Shown here one piece after another: positions 22,197 to 32,355 of a DNA stretch of 64,000 nucleotides. Position numbers and translations under genes: made by a program. A model generated the notes under the pieces. It did no database searches. It saw nothing but the letters and a program-made list of their open reading frames with translations, and was not told the DNA's origin. Every line of letters starts with the position of its first letter. Position 1 is the first letter of the stretch. The stretch comes from Alphaproteobacteria bacterium. Its GTDB lineage: Bacteria; Pseudomonadota; Alphaproteobacteria; CALKHQ01. The stretch lies in assembly GCA_965227515.1 (NCBI GenBank), contig CBDDFZ010000002.1, forward strand, positions 1,152,001 through 1,216,000, given 5' to 3'.

Positions 22197-22913
22197 ATGC
22201 CCGACGCTCCCACGCGCCCCGACGTTTACGCCGCCCTCGACACCAGTGACCTTGAGCACGCGCGCACGCTGGCGCGCGATCTCGCGCCGGTGGTCGACGG
22301 CTTCAAGGTCGGCATGCAGCTCTACTATGCGCACGGCGCCGACGCTGTCCGCATGGTGGCCGACCACGGCAGGCCGATCTTCCTCGACCTGAAGCTCCAC
22401 GACATCCCGAACACGGTGGCCGGCGCGGTGAAGAGCCTGTCGCCGCTCGGCGTGCGGTTCCTGACCATCCACACCGGCGGCGGACCGGCGATGCTGTCGG
22501 CGGCGGTGCAGGAGTCGCGCGCCAACCCGGGGCCGGACGGGCGGCCCATCGGCCTGCTTGGCGTGACCGTACTGACCAGCCTGGACGACGACGACCTGTT
22601 GCGCCTGGGCGTGGCCGAAAACAGCACCGAGCATGTGATCCGGCTGGCGGGGCTGGCCCGTGGCGCGGGATGTGTCGGCCTCGTCGCGGCACCGCAGGAA
22701 ATCCGGGTCGCGCGTGCGGCCGTGGGCGAGACCCTGGTGATCGCCACTCCGGGCATCCGGCCGGCGGAAAGCGGCGAGGACGACCAGCGCCGCGTGATGA
22801 CGCCCAAGCAGGCGGCCGACTACGGCTCCGATCTGCTCGTCATCGGCCGCCCGATCACGGCGGCGCCCGATCCGGTCATCGCAGCGCGGTTGATAATTGC
22901 CGATCTGGTGTAG
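22197..22913 (+). CDS. pyrF: Orotidine-5'-phosphate decarboxylase
   Basis: ALD, FKVG, FLDLKLHDIPNTV, VTVLTS, TPGIRP, DDQRR, VIGRPIT. Confidence 0.96.
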   Translation: MPDAPTRPDVYAALDTSDLEHARTLARDLAPVVDGFKVGMQLYYAHGADAVRMVADHGRPIFLDLKLHDIPNTVAGAVKSLSPLGVRFLTIHTGGGPAMLSAAVQESRANPGPDGRPIGLLGVTVLTSLDDDDLLRLGVAENSTEHVIRLAGLARGAGCVGLVAAPQEIRVARAAVGETLVIATPGIRPAESGEDDQRRVMTPKQAADYGSDLLVIGRPITAAPDPVIAARLIIADLV

Positions 22914-23913
22914 CGCCGGCGGGCGCCGCGAGCGCCTGCCCGAGGTCTTCGAACAGGCGCGGCCCGCCATAGACCCAACCGGTCATCAATTGCACCAGTG
23001 ACGCCCCGACGGCGAGGCGCGCGGTAACGTCGTCGGCCGTCATCACGCCGCCGCTCGCGATCAGCGTCAGCCGGCCGCCGCTCAGCGCGCGGACGCGGCG
23101 GAGCTGGGCCAGCGCACGGTCGGTCAGCGGTGCCCCGCTGAGGCCGCCGGGCATGTCGAGGTCGCGCCGGCCGGGCGGCCGCTGGATGGTCGTGTTGCAG
23201 ACGATCAGGCCGTCGAGGCCGGCGCCGACGGCGCGGTCGACCAATGTGGCCTCGTCGTCCTCGCCGAGATCGGGCGCGATCTTCAGGAACAGCGGCACGG
23301 CGGTGGGCAGTTGCGCGCGTGCGCCGGCGCCGGTATCGAGCGCGCGCGCCAGCCGGTCGCCCGCCTGCCAGTCGCGCAGGCCGGCCGTGTTCGGCGACGA
23401 GACGTTGAGCGCCAGATAGTCGGCGTATGGGCCGAGGGTCGAGATGCCGGCGGCGAGATCGGCTGCCACGTCCTCGCAGTCGCGGTTGGCGCCGACGCTG
23501 ACGCCGATGCGCAGATGGCTGTCGGGATTGGCCGCGCGCCAGCGCGCCAGCCGCGCTGCTACCGCCTCGGCGCCATCATTGGGCATGCCCATGCGGTTGA
23601 CGATCGCGCGGTCGCGGGGCAGCCGGACCAGGGTGCGCCCCGGATTGGCCGTTTGCGGGCGCGGGGTGACGGTGCCGACCTCGACATGGCCGACCCCGAT
23701 GCGCGCCAGTCCGGCGAGCGCCACGGCGTTCTTGTCGAAGCCGGCGGCGATGCCAATGGGGTTTCGGAAGCCGAGCCCGGCGACGGTCACCGGCCCCGGC
23801 AATGGCTCCCGGCGGGGCACCGGCCAGCCCAATGCCATCGCCTTGAGCGCGAGCCGATGCGCGAGGTGCGGCGGCAGCTTGAGCAACGCGCGATGGGCGA
23901 GGGCGGTGAGCAT
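22876..23913 (-). CDS. pyrD: Quinone-dependent dihydroorotate dehydrogenase
   Basis: NPIGIAAGFDKN, GTVTPRPQ, NRMG, NVSSPNT, KIAPD, NTT, GGLSG. Confidence 0.93.
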   Translation of the reverse strand: MLTALAHRALLKLPPHLAHRLALKAMALGWPVPRREPLPGPVTVAGLGFRNPIGIAAGFDKNAVALAGLARIGVGHVEVGTVTPRPQTANPGRTLVRLPRDRAIVNRMGMPNDGAEAVAARLARWRAANPDSHLRIGVSVGANRDCEDVAADLAAGISTLGPYADYLALNVSSPNTAGLRDWQAGDRLARALDTGAGARAQLPTAVPLFLKIAPDLGEDDEATLVDRAVGAGLDGLIVCNTTIQRPPGRRDLDMPGGLSGAPLTDRALAQLRRVRALSGGRLTLIASGGVMTADDVTARLAVGASLVQLMTGWVYGGPRLFEDLGQALAAPAGATPDRQLSTALR

Positions 23914-23927
23914 ACACATTCACCTAC

Positions 23928-24100
23928 GTCGTCCTCGGCCTTGTGCCGAGGACCCATGGTCGGGTCAGGGCAGGTTCATGGCCAAGAATGCTCAGCCCAC
24001 TTGCGGACTATAAGAATTGTCTGCCACTTCAGCACCACCCAACCGGGGGCTCTTGACGCATTGGACAAGAATGGGCCCTCGGCACAAGGCCGAGGGCGAC
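23928..24100. repeat. Palindromic repeat family B, copy 4
   Basis: GTCGTCCTCGGCCTTGTGCCGAGGACCCAT ... ATGGGCCCTCGGCACAAGGCCGAGGGCGAC. Confidence 0.88.
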
Positions 24101-24115
24101 AAATCGAGAGTGAAA

Positions 24116-24979
24116 CTACTCCGCGGCGATCGGCACCGGCTGGGCCTCGTTCATCAGGCCGGAGAGCTTCATCGCGCGGATCATGCGGGTCAGCCCGATG
24201 CCGCCGCCGAAGCGCGGGAAGAAGTCGAACGACAGGAAGTCGTCCAGCTCACGCTGCACCCGCTCGCGCCCGAACTGGGCGAACAGGATGTCGGCATACA
24301 TGCCGTCCGAGATCGAGTGGAACAGGTTGCGCATCTCGTCCTTGTCGGTGGCGCGCTCGGCCGAACCGATGGTCTCGATGCCGTGCAGGATGACGTCGAT
24401 CTTGTTGGCCACGTCACCCACCTTGCGCATGTTCCAGAACGGGCTGGTGCGCATCGGGAAGTGCTCCAGGAAGTAGACCGGGCCGAACTCCTCGTTGATC
24501 CGGGTTTCGATGTCGCCGGTGATGTCGTCGACGCCGAAGTGGTCGGCGGTGTCGAGCCAGGTCTTGTGCGCGTAGCTGGCCTTCGGGCCGAAGCCGAGGA
24601 AGACGAGCAGGTCCTCTTCCAGCGCGCGCAGCTCGTCCATGCCGCCCTTGGTCTCGAACTCGAACATCGGGAAGATCAGGTCATGACGGCCCGCCACCGG
24701 GTTCGGCTCGTTGCGGAAGCTGGTCGACACGCAGAAATAGCCGGGCGTCTCCGGGTTGGAGAGCAACTCGTGCTCCAGCCACATCTGGCCGGTCTGCGGC
24801 AGCGGCCAGAGACGGCCGCCATAGTTGTAGGTCGCGATGGTGCGCGGGTCCTCGCACGCCGCCAGGATCGACAGCCGGCTTTGGGTGTGCACCTCGACGA
24901 AGCCGCGGTTGACGAAGAAGTCGCGCAGGCGCGAGACGGCGATGTTGTAGGCGTGCGGGTCGATCATGTTCGAAGCCAT
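24116..24979 (-). CDS. Class II Asp/Asn-tRNA synthetase-like catalytic-domain-only protein (possible asparagine synthetase A)
   Basis: 287 aa; motif 1 LRDFF..RGFVEV, motif 2 SFRNE...RH...FPMFEFE, ETIGSAER, motif 3 GGGIGLTRM; no N-terminal OB-fold. Confidence 0.8.
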   Translation of the reverse strand: MASNMIDPHAYNIAVSRLRDFFVNRGFVEVHTQSRLSILAACEDPRTIATYNYGGRLWPLPQTGQMWLEHELLSNPETPGYFCVSTSFRNEPNPVAGRHDLIFPMFEFETKGGMDELRALEEDLLVFLGFGPKASYAHKTWLDTADHFGVDDITGDIETRINEEFGPVYFLEHFPMRTSPFWNMRKVGDVANKIDVILHGIETIGSAERATDKDEMRNLFHSISDGMYADILFAQFGRERVQRELDDFLSFDFFPRFGGGIGLTRMIRAMKLSGLMNEAQPVPIAAE

Positions 24980-25007
24980 GGGCTTTTCTCCTTCGGGGGC
25001 TCTGGTC

Positions 25008-25032
25008 AAAAAAAAGGCCGCCAATGGCGACC
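25008..25032 (-). terminator. Intrinsic terminator in the 5' region of the aaRS-like gene
   Basis: Minus strand GGTCGCC-ATT-GGCGGCC followed by T8, ending 28 nt before the ATG. Confidence 0.7.
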
Positions 25033-25428
25033 GCTACGGGTGTTGATAGGGAACGGGGGGAGTCCCGAGGGGAATCCCCTTCAGGGGATTGCCGCGGGGC
25101 GGAATCTTGTGGTGAGAACGGGTGTCGGAGGCTGCCAACGCAAAAAAATACCGCCGGTGTTGGCGGTGCGCGCGGCGGTCTTCCGATACATGATTTTGTG
25201 CGGCCACTAGGCTGCTCCACAAGATGTGGTTCCCGGTCGTCGTTGGCGAGCACGTATGCCAGTGCCAACTGAGTCGCGCAACCCCCAAATGTCAGAAATG
25301 TTTCGCGGGCGGTGCGACGTGACGCCTCGTGCCCGCCAGGCCAATTTCCACATTCTTTCGAATGCTTGAGAACGTAGTGCATTGTAGTATGTTGTATACA
25401 TCTGGATTGAGAAACCACTGGCACCGAG

Positions 25429-25695
25429 ATGGCTGACACGACCGTACTTTCGGTTCGGATGAGCAAAGACATGCGAGAGCGCCTCGCACGTCTGGCGGAT
25501 CTTTCCGACCGCACGCAGTCATATCTCGCCGCGCAAGCGATTGAGGAATATCTCGCGGTGCAGGAGTGGCAGCTCGAGGGGATCAAGGACGCTATTGCGG
25601 CGGCCGATCGCGGCGAACTCATCCCGGATGAGAAGATAGACGCCTGGATTGAATCGCTCGATACCGACAACGAGCTTCCAGTCCCGACTGCATGA
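25429..25695 (+). CDS. CopG/RHH antitoxin
   Basis: TVLSVRM...RLARLA...RTQSYLAAQAIEEY...IKDAIAAADRG; ATGA overlap with toxin. Confidence 0.88.
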   Translation: MADTTVLSVRMSKDMRERLARLADLSDRTQSYLAAQAIEEYLAVQEWQLEGIKDAIAAADRGELIPDEKIDAWIESLDTDNELPVPTA

Positions 25696-25979
25696 AGCTC
25701 GTATGGACGCCGGCTGCCGCCGCTGATCTTGCGGAAATTCGCCGCTACGTCGCACGGAATGACCCAAGAGCGGCGAAGCAAGTCGTCGCGCAAGTTCGAA
25801 AGGTCATACTGGGTGTCTTGCCACGCCTGCCAGATGCCGGGCGGCCCGGCCGGATCAGCGGCACGCGGGAACTCGTAGTCCCAAGAACACCCTACGTCGT
25901 ACCCTATCGGGTCGTCGGCGAGACTGTTGAGGTGCTGCGCGTCTATCACGGAGCGCGGCGTTGGCCGGACACGTTCTGA
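25692..25979 (+). CDS. RelE/ParE family toxin
   Basis: MKLVWTPAAAADL..I..Y, GRPGRISGTRELV, Y..V..V.VLRVYHGAR. Confidence 0.9.
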   Translation: MKLVWTPAAAADLAEIRRYVARNDPRAAKQVVAQVRKVILGVLPRLPDAGRPGRISGTRELVVPRTPYVVPYRVVGETVEVLRVYHGARRWPDTF

Positions 25980-26061
25980 CAGGCGATCAAGAGGCGCCGC
26001 AGTATTGTCGTCGAAGTTTGGTTGATCCGCCGGGCGCAAACGCAGCGTCAGCGCCCGACGA

Positions 26062-26514
26062 TCAGGGCACGGGGTCGGCCACGCGCGCGACCACTAGGTG
26101 GGGCACGCCGTCGCTGGTCTTCGCGTACGAGACCCCGCCGGGCGAGACGGTGCCGTTCACCCGCCGGCGGAAGGCGGAGAAGCTCTCGAACGTCACCACG
26201 TCCACCGGCTGGTCGAGCTCGATGGAGATGCGGTAGGCGCTGCCCTCGGCGACGCTGTGGACGCCAAGCACCACGCCGGTGAAGTCCTGCTTCAAATAGC
26301 TGCCGGCGATGCGGTCGCCCACTTGCAGCGGCACTTCCGGCGCGTTGGACAGCCGGGCGTGCAGCGCGTTCCAGCTCTTGCAGCCTTGCTCGGCGGCGAC
26401 CCGCTCGAGGGCTGCCGAATGGCTGATCTCGCGACCCTGGGCGGCTAATGCAGCCCGTATGGTCTTGGCGCGGGCCTTGGCCTGGTCGCGCGTGTGGATA
26501 TGGGGTGTCGTCAT
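26062..26514 (-). CDS. Glyoxalase superfamily protein
   Basis: AKARAK.IR..L...G..ISHS.ALE.VA...G..SWN and C-terminal PVDVVTFESFS..RRR. Confidence 0.75.
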   Translation of the reverse strand: MTTPHIHTRDQAKARAKTIRAALAAQGREISHSAALERVAAEQGCKSWNALHARLSNAPEVPLQVGDRIAGSYLKQDFTGVVLGVHSVAEGSAYRISIELDQPVDVVTFESFSAFRRRVNGTVSPGGVSYAKTSDGVPHLVVARVADPVP

Positions 26515-26738
26515 GGCGATGATCCCGTGTCGTATCGGCGGTCGTGTTGAACGGGGCTCGCCTTGCCGTCGGACCGCTGATCTCGGGTCGTCCATAACGT
26601 GGCACGCGGCCGCTTCGGGCCGGGAGATCTTCACCATGGGCATCAGCCCAGCGAGCGGCAGGCGTCTCTCACCTGCGCGCTCAGATAGGGGTTGCGGATG
26701 CGCCTGTCAATCGACTCGGGGATGGTCCCGGCTGGCGC

Positions 26739-27233
26739 TCAGGCCCCGAAACCGTCCGCCGCATCTGGGTTTATCGGCACGCCGGGCAGGTCCTTCGAGG
26801 TGCGAATCGCCGGGAACGTGGTCACCCGCACCACATTGGGCGCCGCGGTCAGCTTGGTGGTCAGCGCGTTTTCGTGCGCCGTGTTGCGCGCCACCAGCTT
26901 CAGCAGGAAATCGCCGCCGCCGCGCACCATGTGGCAGGCCCGCACCTCCGGCCATGCGCCGACCATCGCCTCGAATCCGCTGAGGACGGCATCGGACTGG
27001 CTGTCCAGCCCGACCAGGGCGAAGAACACCACCTCCCAGCCCATCTGGGCGATGTCGACCTCAGCGTGGTAGCCACGCAGATAGCCGGCCTCCTCCAGCG
27101 CGCGCACCCGGCGCAGGCAGGGCGGGGCGGAGATGCCGGCGCGCTGCGAGAGTTCGACGTTGGTCATGCGCCCGTTGTCCTGCAGGTCGCGCAAGATCTT
27201 CAGGTCGATGGCATCCAGCTTGATATTGGCCAT
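26739..27233 (-). CDS. Lrp/AsnC family transcriptional regulator
   Basis: LDAIDLKILRDLQ.NGRMTNVEL...GISAPPCLRRVRALEEAG. Confidence 0.93.
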   Translation of the reverse strand: MANIKLDAIDLKILRDLQDNGRMTNVELSQRAGISAPPCLRRVRALEEAGYLRGYHAEVDIAQMGWEVVFFALVGLDSQSDAVLSGFEAMVGAWPEVRACHMVRGGGDFLLKLVARNTAHENALTTKLTAAPNVVRVTTFPAIRTSKDLPGVPINPDAADGFGA

Positions 27234-27337
27234 GCCGGGTTCCGGGTTTGCGGCAAAGCGCCGGTTGGAAGCGCGCGGATGATAGTGCAGTTTGTAATAA
27301 TCTTTCAAGGATGACCGCATTGGAGGAACATCCGCAT

Positions 27338-28336
27338 ATGACATCCCATGGCGGGGCGGCAGGCAGCGCGCCTGAGAGTGCCGGACCCAACGATGCTTTG
27401 CCCAACGATGCCTGGATCGTCACCGACGGGCGAATCGGCATGACCAACCAGTGCGTGGGGCTGGCCGAGGCGCTGGACCTGTCGCCGACGGTGCTGACGG
27501 TGCGCGCTGCACCGCCACGGCGCTGGCTGCCGCCGCAGCTCTGGTGGCGGCCGCTGACCGCGCTGGAGGCGCCCGGCGCCGCGCCGCCATGGCCGGACCT
27601 GGTCATCGCCACCGGGCGCCAGAGCGTCGCGCCGGCACTGGCGATTCGACAAAAAGCCGCCGGCCGCACCCGGCTGGTGCAGATCCAGAACCCCACGGTC
27701 GACCCGGCACGCTTCGACCTGATCGTGACGCCGCAGCACGACCGGCTGGAGGCGCCGAACGTGCTGTCCACCGTGGGCTCGCTGCATCGGATCAACATGG
27801 CGCTGGTCGAAGCGGAGGCGGCGCGCCTGGCCGCGCGCTACCGGCACCTGCCGCGCCCACTGGTCGCGGTGCTGATCGGCGGCACAAACCGGGCATTTCG
27901 GCTCGACGCGACGGCGGGCCGCCAACTGGGTGCGGCGCTTGCCGAACTGGCAGCGGCCCAGGGCGTGGGACTGGCCGTCACCACATCGCGCCGCACCGAT
28001 CCTGAGGCGCTGGCGGCCTTGCGCGCCGCGCTGGCCGATGTGCCGGCCGATCTCTACGCCGGCGATGGCGACAACCCCTATTTCGCGATGCTGGGGCTGG
28101 CCGACGCGGTGGTCGCGACCTGCGACTCGGTGAACATGGTGTCGGAGGCATTGGCGACCGCCAAACCGGTGCACATCTACGAGTTGCCGGGAGGGTCGGC
28201 GAAATTTCGCCGTTTTCTGGATGGCCTTTATGGCGCCGGACTGGCGCGCAAGTTCGCGGGGCGGCTGGAGCGCTGGACGTATACGCCGCCCGACGACATG
28301 GCGCGCGCGGTCGCCGCAGTGCGCGCGCTGTTCTGA
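27338..28336 (+). CDS. ELM1/DUF1022 family protein
   Basis: TDGRIGM.NQCVGLAEAL, PWPDLVIATGR, IQNP...FDL...QHD, LIGG, TTSRRT, NPY..ML, T.DSVNMVSEA. Confidence 0.88.
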   Translation: MTSHGGAAGSAPESAGPNDALPNDAWIVTDGRIGMTNQCVGLAEALDLSPTVLTVRAAPPRRWLPPQLWWRPLTALEAPGAAPPWPDLVIATGRQSVAPALAIRQKAAGRTRLVQIQNPTVDPARFDLIVTPQHDRLEAPNVLSTVGSLHRINMALVEAEAARLAARYRHLPRPLVAVLIGGTNRAFRLDATAGRQLGAALAELAAAQGVGLAVTTSRRTDPEALAALRAALADVPADLYAGDGDNPYFAMLGLADAVVATCDSVNMVSEALATAKPVHIYELPGGSAKFRRFLDGLYGAGLARKFAGRLERWTYTPPDDMARAVAAVRALF

Positions 28337-28396
28337 AACGCTAATTTGGGGGCGCCACGATTGCGCAGCCCTGGCACTCCTTCTATACGAGCCGAC

Positions 28397-29044
28397 ATGA
28401 CGCAAACGCGCCCAACAAAGCCAGCTGAAACGATCGATCTCGCAGCCCTGCGGGCAGCGACACTCCAGTCCGAGCCCTACGAGCACATGATCGTACCGGG
28501 CTTCGTGCCCAGGGGAGCCTTGCCGGCGATCAACGCCGACTTCCCCGATGTGCGCCAGCCGGGCAGCCTGCCGACGACTATTCTGAGCTACGGCGCAGGC
28601 TTCGGCGCATTGATAGACGCACTGCAGGGGCCCGAGATGCAGGCGGCGATGGCCGAGAAGTTCGGCGTCGACCTGACCGGGCGGCCGACCATGGTGACCG
28701 TGCGCGGCCACTGCCGGGCGCGCGACGGCGGCATCCACACCGATTCGCGCGACAAGATCATTACCGTGCTGGTCTATCTGAACGACGGCTGGGACACGCC
28801 GGACGGGCGGCTGCGCATCCTGCGCTCCGGCACCGATCTGGAGGACTATGCCGCCGAGGTGCCGCCGGAAGCCGGCACGCTGCTGGCGTTCCGCCGCTCG
28901 GACCGGTCCTGGCACGGCCACACCTCGTTCGAGGGGCCGCGCCGCGCGGTCCAGCTCAATTGGGTCACCAGCAACTACTACGTCTGGAAGGAGCGCGCGC
29001 GCCACACCGTGTCGGCGCTCTTCAAGTCGCGGCACGCGGCCTAG
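28397..29044 (+). CDS. 2OG-Fe(II) oxygenase
   Basis: IHTD (HxD), LVYLN, SWHGH, RR..QLNW. Confidence 0.88.
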   Translation: MTQTRPTKPAETIDLAALRAATLQSEPYEHMIVPGFVPRGALPAINADFPDVRQPGSLPTTILSYGAGFGALIDALQGPEMQAAMAEKFGVDLTGRPTMVTVRGHCRARDGGIHTDSRDKIITVLVYLNDGWDTPDGRLRILRSGTDLEDYAAEVPPEAGTLLAFRRSDRSWHGHTSFEGPRRAVQLNWVTSNYYVWKERARHTVSALFKSRHAA

Positions 29045-29076
29045 GCCATTCGCGGATATCTGGTGGGGGGCGCCGC

Positions 29077-30996
29077 ATGGCACTGAATATCGAAACCTTC
29101 AGCAACGTCACCGGCGGGGCAACGTTCTTCAAGGCGGCCGGCCACCCGAAGACTGCCGCCGCCATGACGGCGTGGCGGGAGGGTCTGACGCGCAGGCGGG
29201 TCGCGATATACGACCCGCTGGGGTTCCTGGCGCCCTTGGGTGAGTTCTACGAGCTCGGCGCGCTGGCGCCGGTCGCGGTCTATGGACAGGACCTGTCGTC
29301 GCTTGGCCGGACGGTGCTGGGCTGCCAGGTCCAACCGGTGACCGATCTGCCAAGTAGCGATGCGGAGGTCCTGCTGGTGGCCGCGTTCGACGCCGGCCGC
29401 CTGATCGATCACATCCGCCATCTGGTGCCGGAAGGCTGCGCTGTCGAGAGTCTGGACGCGGTGCGGCTGGACGACGACTTCCTGACCAATCCGCGCAACT
29501 ATCTCGACCGGTTGAACTTCGCCACCAACTTCGCCTTCTTCCGCGACGGCGGCGGCCACCACACCCGCATCGTCACCTGCAACTACTGGTCCGGCTATGG
29601 CGCCCGGGACACCAAGCTGTGGCTGTGCCTGTTCGATGGCGGCGGCGACGTGCTGGCCGAGTGGTGGCAGCCGATCCCCGGCAACGGGGCGGCGGTGGTG
29701 GTCGACAGCGCCGATGTGCGCCAGCGCTTCGGCCTGGGCGCGTTCGCTGGCCAGCTCTTCGTCCACGTGGTCAACGGCGCCGGCCACGACGTGGTCAAGT
29801 ACGCGCTCGACACCTATGGCGATGACGACGCAACGATCTCATGCACCCACGACGCCAATGCCTGGCCGGCCGCGTTCTATGCCGGCCTGCCGGCGGCGCG
29901 CCCCGGCGAGCGAGTGCTGTTCTGGCTGCAGAACAGCCATCCGTGCCCGGTGCCGGCCGGCGCCGTTAGCTTCAACCGCATGGGCGGCGATGGTACCGCG
30001 GCCTATCCCGAAGCGGTGCCGGCATTCGCCAGCGTCGAGGTGGACGTCACCGAACTGCTGCCGGGCCTCGCCTGGCCGGAGCAGATCGAGATCGACGCCG
30101 GCAAGCACTTCGTGCGGCCGCGTTACGAAGTGGTGCGCGACGACGGCCGCCGCCGGATGGCGCACGTCAACGTGGAGCGGACCGACCTGAAGCCGGACCC
30201 GGGGCTGCGTGAAATCGGCAATCTGATGGGCAAGGGCTTCGTGCTGCCAGCGCCGATCCTGCCTATGGCGCGGTTCCGCAGCTTCGCCCTGCCGACGCCG
30301 ATGTCGACCACCCAGGACACCCTGCCGCTGGCCGCCATCGTTTACGACCCGGATGGCAGGGAAGTGCACCGCGAGCGCTTCGGCGTGCTGCCGCGCAACC
30401 ACGCCACGCTGTTCGACAGCGATGCGGCGCTGAACGGGTCGCTCAATGGCGGCTATGGCCATGTCGAGCTGGTTTACGACTTCGCTGATGGGGGCCCGGG
30501 GGGTGGCGAAGGCGATGGTTGGCTGCACGGTCTGTTCCGCTACGAGGATCGCGAGACCGGTCATGGTGCGGACACCAGCTTCGGCGCCCACATCTTCAAC
30601 ACCGTGCTGACCTACAAGAACGAGCCGCAGTCCTATGCCGGGCGCGCGCCGGGCCTGTCGACCCGCCTGTTCCTGCGCCTGGCGCCGGACCCGCACGATA
30701 CGGTCTGCCACCTGATCTATGCCGCGTCGCAGCCTTGGCACGCGACGTCGAAGACCACGCTGCAATTGCACGATGCGGCGGGCAGGGAGGTGGCCGCGCG
30801 CGACATGGCGATTCCGTGCAGCGGGTCGCGCCACTGGCGCTATCACGAGACTTTCAATGCCGACGAGCGTGCAGCGGCGAATGCGGCCGGCGATGGCGCG
30901 TATGTCGTCATCCGGGACCTGACCTGCCGCCTGTTCGGCTATCACGGCACCATCGCCGCCAACGCCTTCAGCCTGGATCACATGTTCGGGTTTTAG
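29077..30996 (+). CDS. Large hypothetical protein (639 aa)
   Basis: Long ORF with genome-typical codon usage, co-oriented with the ELM1 and 2OG genes; no family recognised. Confidence 0.8.
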   Translation: MALNIETFSNVTGGATFFKAAGHPKTAAAMTAWREGLTRRRVAIYDPLGFLAPLGEFYELGALAPVAVYGQDLSSLGRTVLGCQVQPVTDLPSSDAEVLLVAAFDAGRLIDHIRHLVPEGCAVESLDAVRLDDDFLTNPRNYLDRLNFATNFAFFRDGGGHHTRIVTCNYWSGYGARDTKLWLCLFDGGGDVLAEWWQPIPGNGAAVVVDSADVRQRFGLGAFAGQLFVHVVNGAGHDVVKYALDTYGDDDATISCTHDANAWPAAFYAGLPAARPGERVLFWLQNSHPCPVPAGAVSFNRMGGDGTAAYPEAVPAFASVEVDVTELLPGLAWPEQIEIDAGKHFVRPRYEVVRDDGRRRMAHVNVERTDLKPDPGLREIGNLMGKGFVLPAPILPMARFRSFALPTPMSTTQDTLPLAAIVYDPDGREVHRERFGVLPRNHATLFDSDAALNGSLNGGYGHVELVYDFADGGPGGGEGDGWLHGLFRYEDRETGHGADTSFGAHIFNTVLTYKNEPQSYAGRAPGLSTRLFLRLAPDPHDTVCHLIYAASQPWHATSKTTLQLHDAAGREVAARDMAIPCSGSRHWRYHETFNADERAAANAAGDGAYVVIRDLTCRLFGYHGTIAANAFSLDHMFGF

Positions 30997-32133
<1,137 letters not shown>

Positions 32134-32150
32134 CACAAAAGACAGTCGCT

Positions 32151-32216
32151 CTCCCCCACCCGGCCACCCAGCAGCATAATTTCGTTGGGCGGCCGGGTGG
32201 GGGAGAGGGCTGGTGC
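32151..32216. repeat. Palindromic repeat family A, copy 2 (split by IS110; left fragment 31016-31026)
   Basis: GCTCCAGCCCT + CTCCCCCACCCGGCC...GGCCGGGTGGGGGAGAGGGCTGGTGC. Confidence 0.88.
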
Positions 32217-32355
32217 CGGTTTCGCGATAGCGCAAGGCGATATCGCTGAACAAAGCACCGTGGCCCCTTGCCAAACGCGGTCGCCGGGCGCATCTCTGAG
32301 GGAGCCGTTTTCCACCGCCAATCGGGGCGCGCCGCGGTCGCCGGCGTGAAATTCC

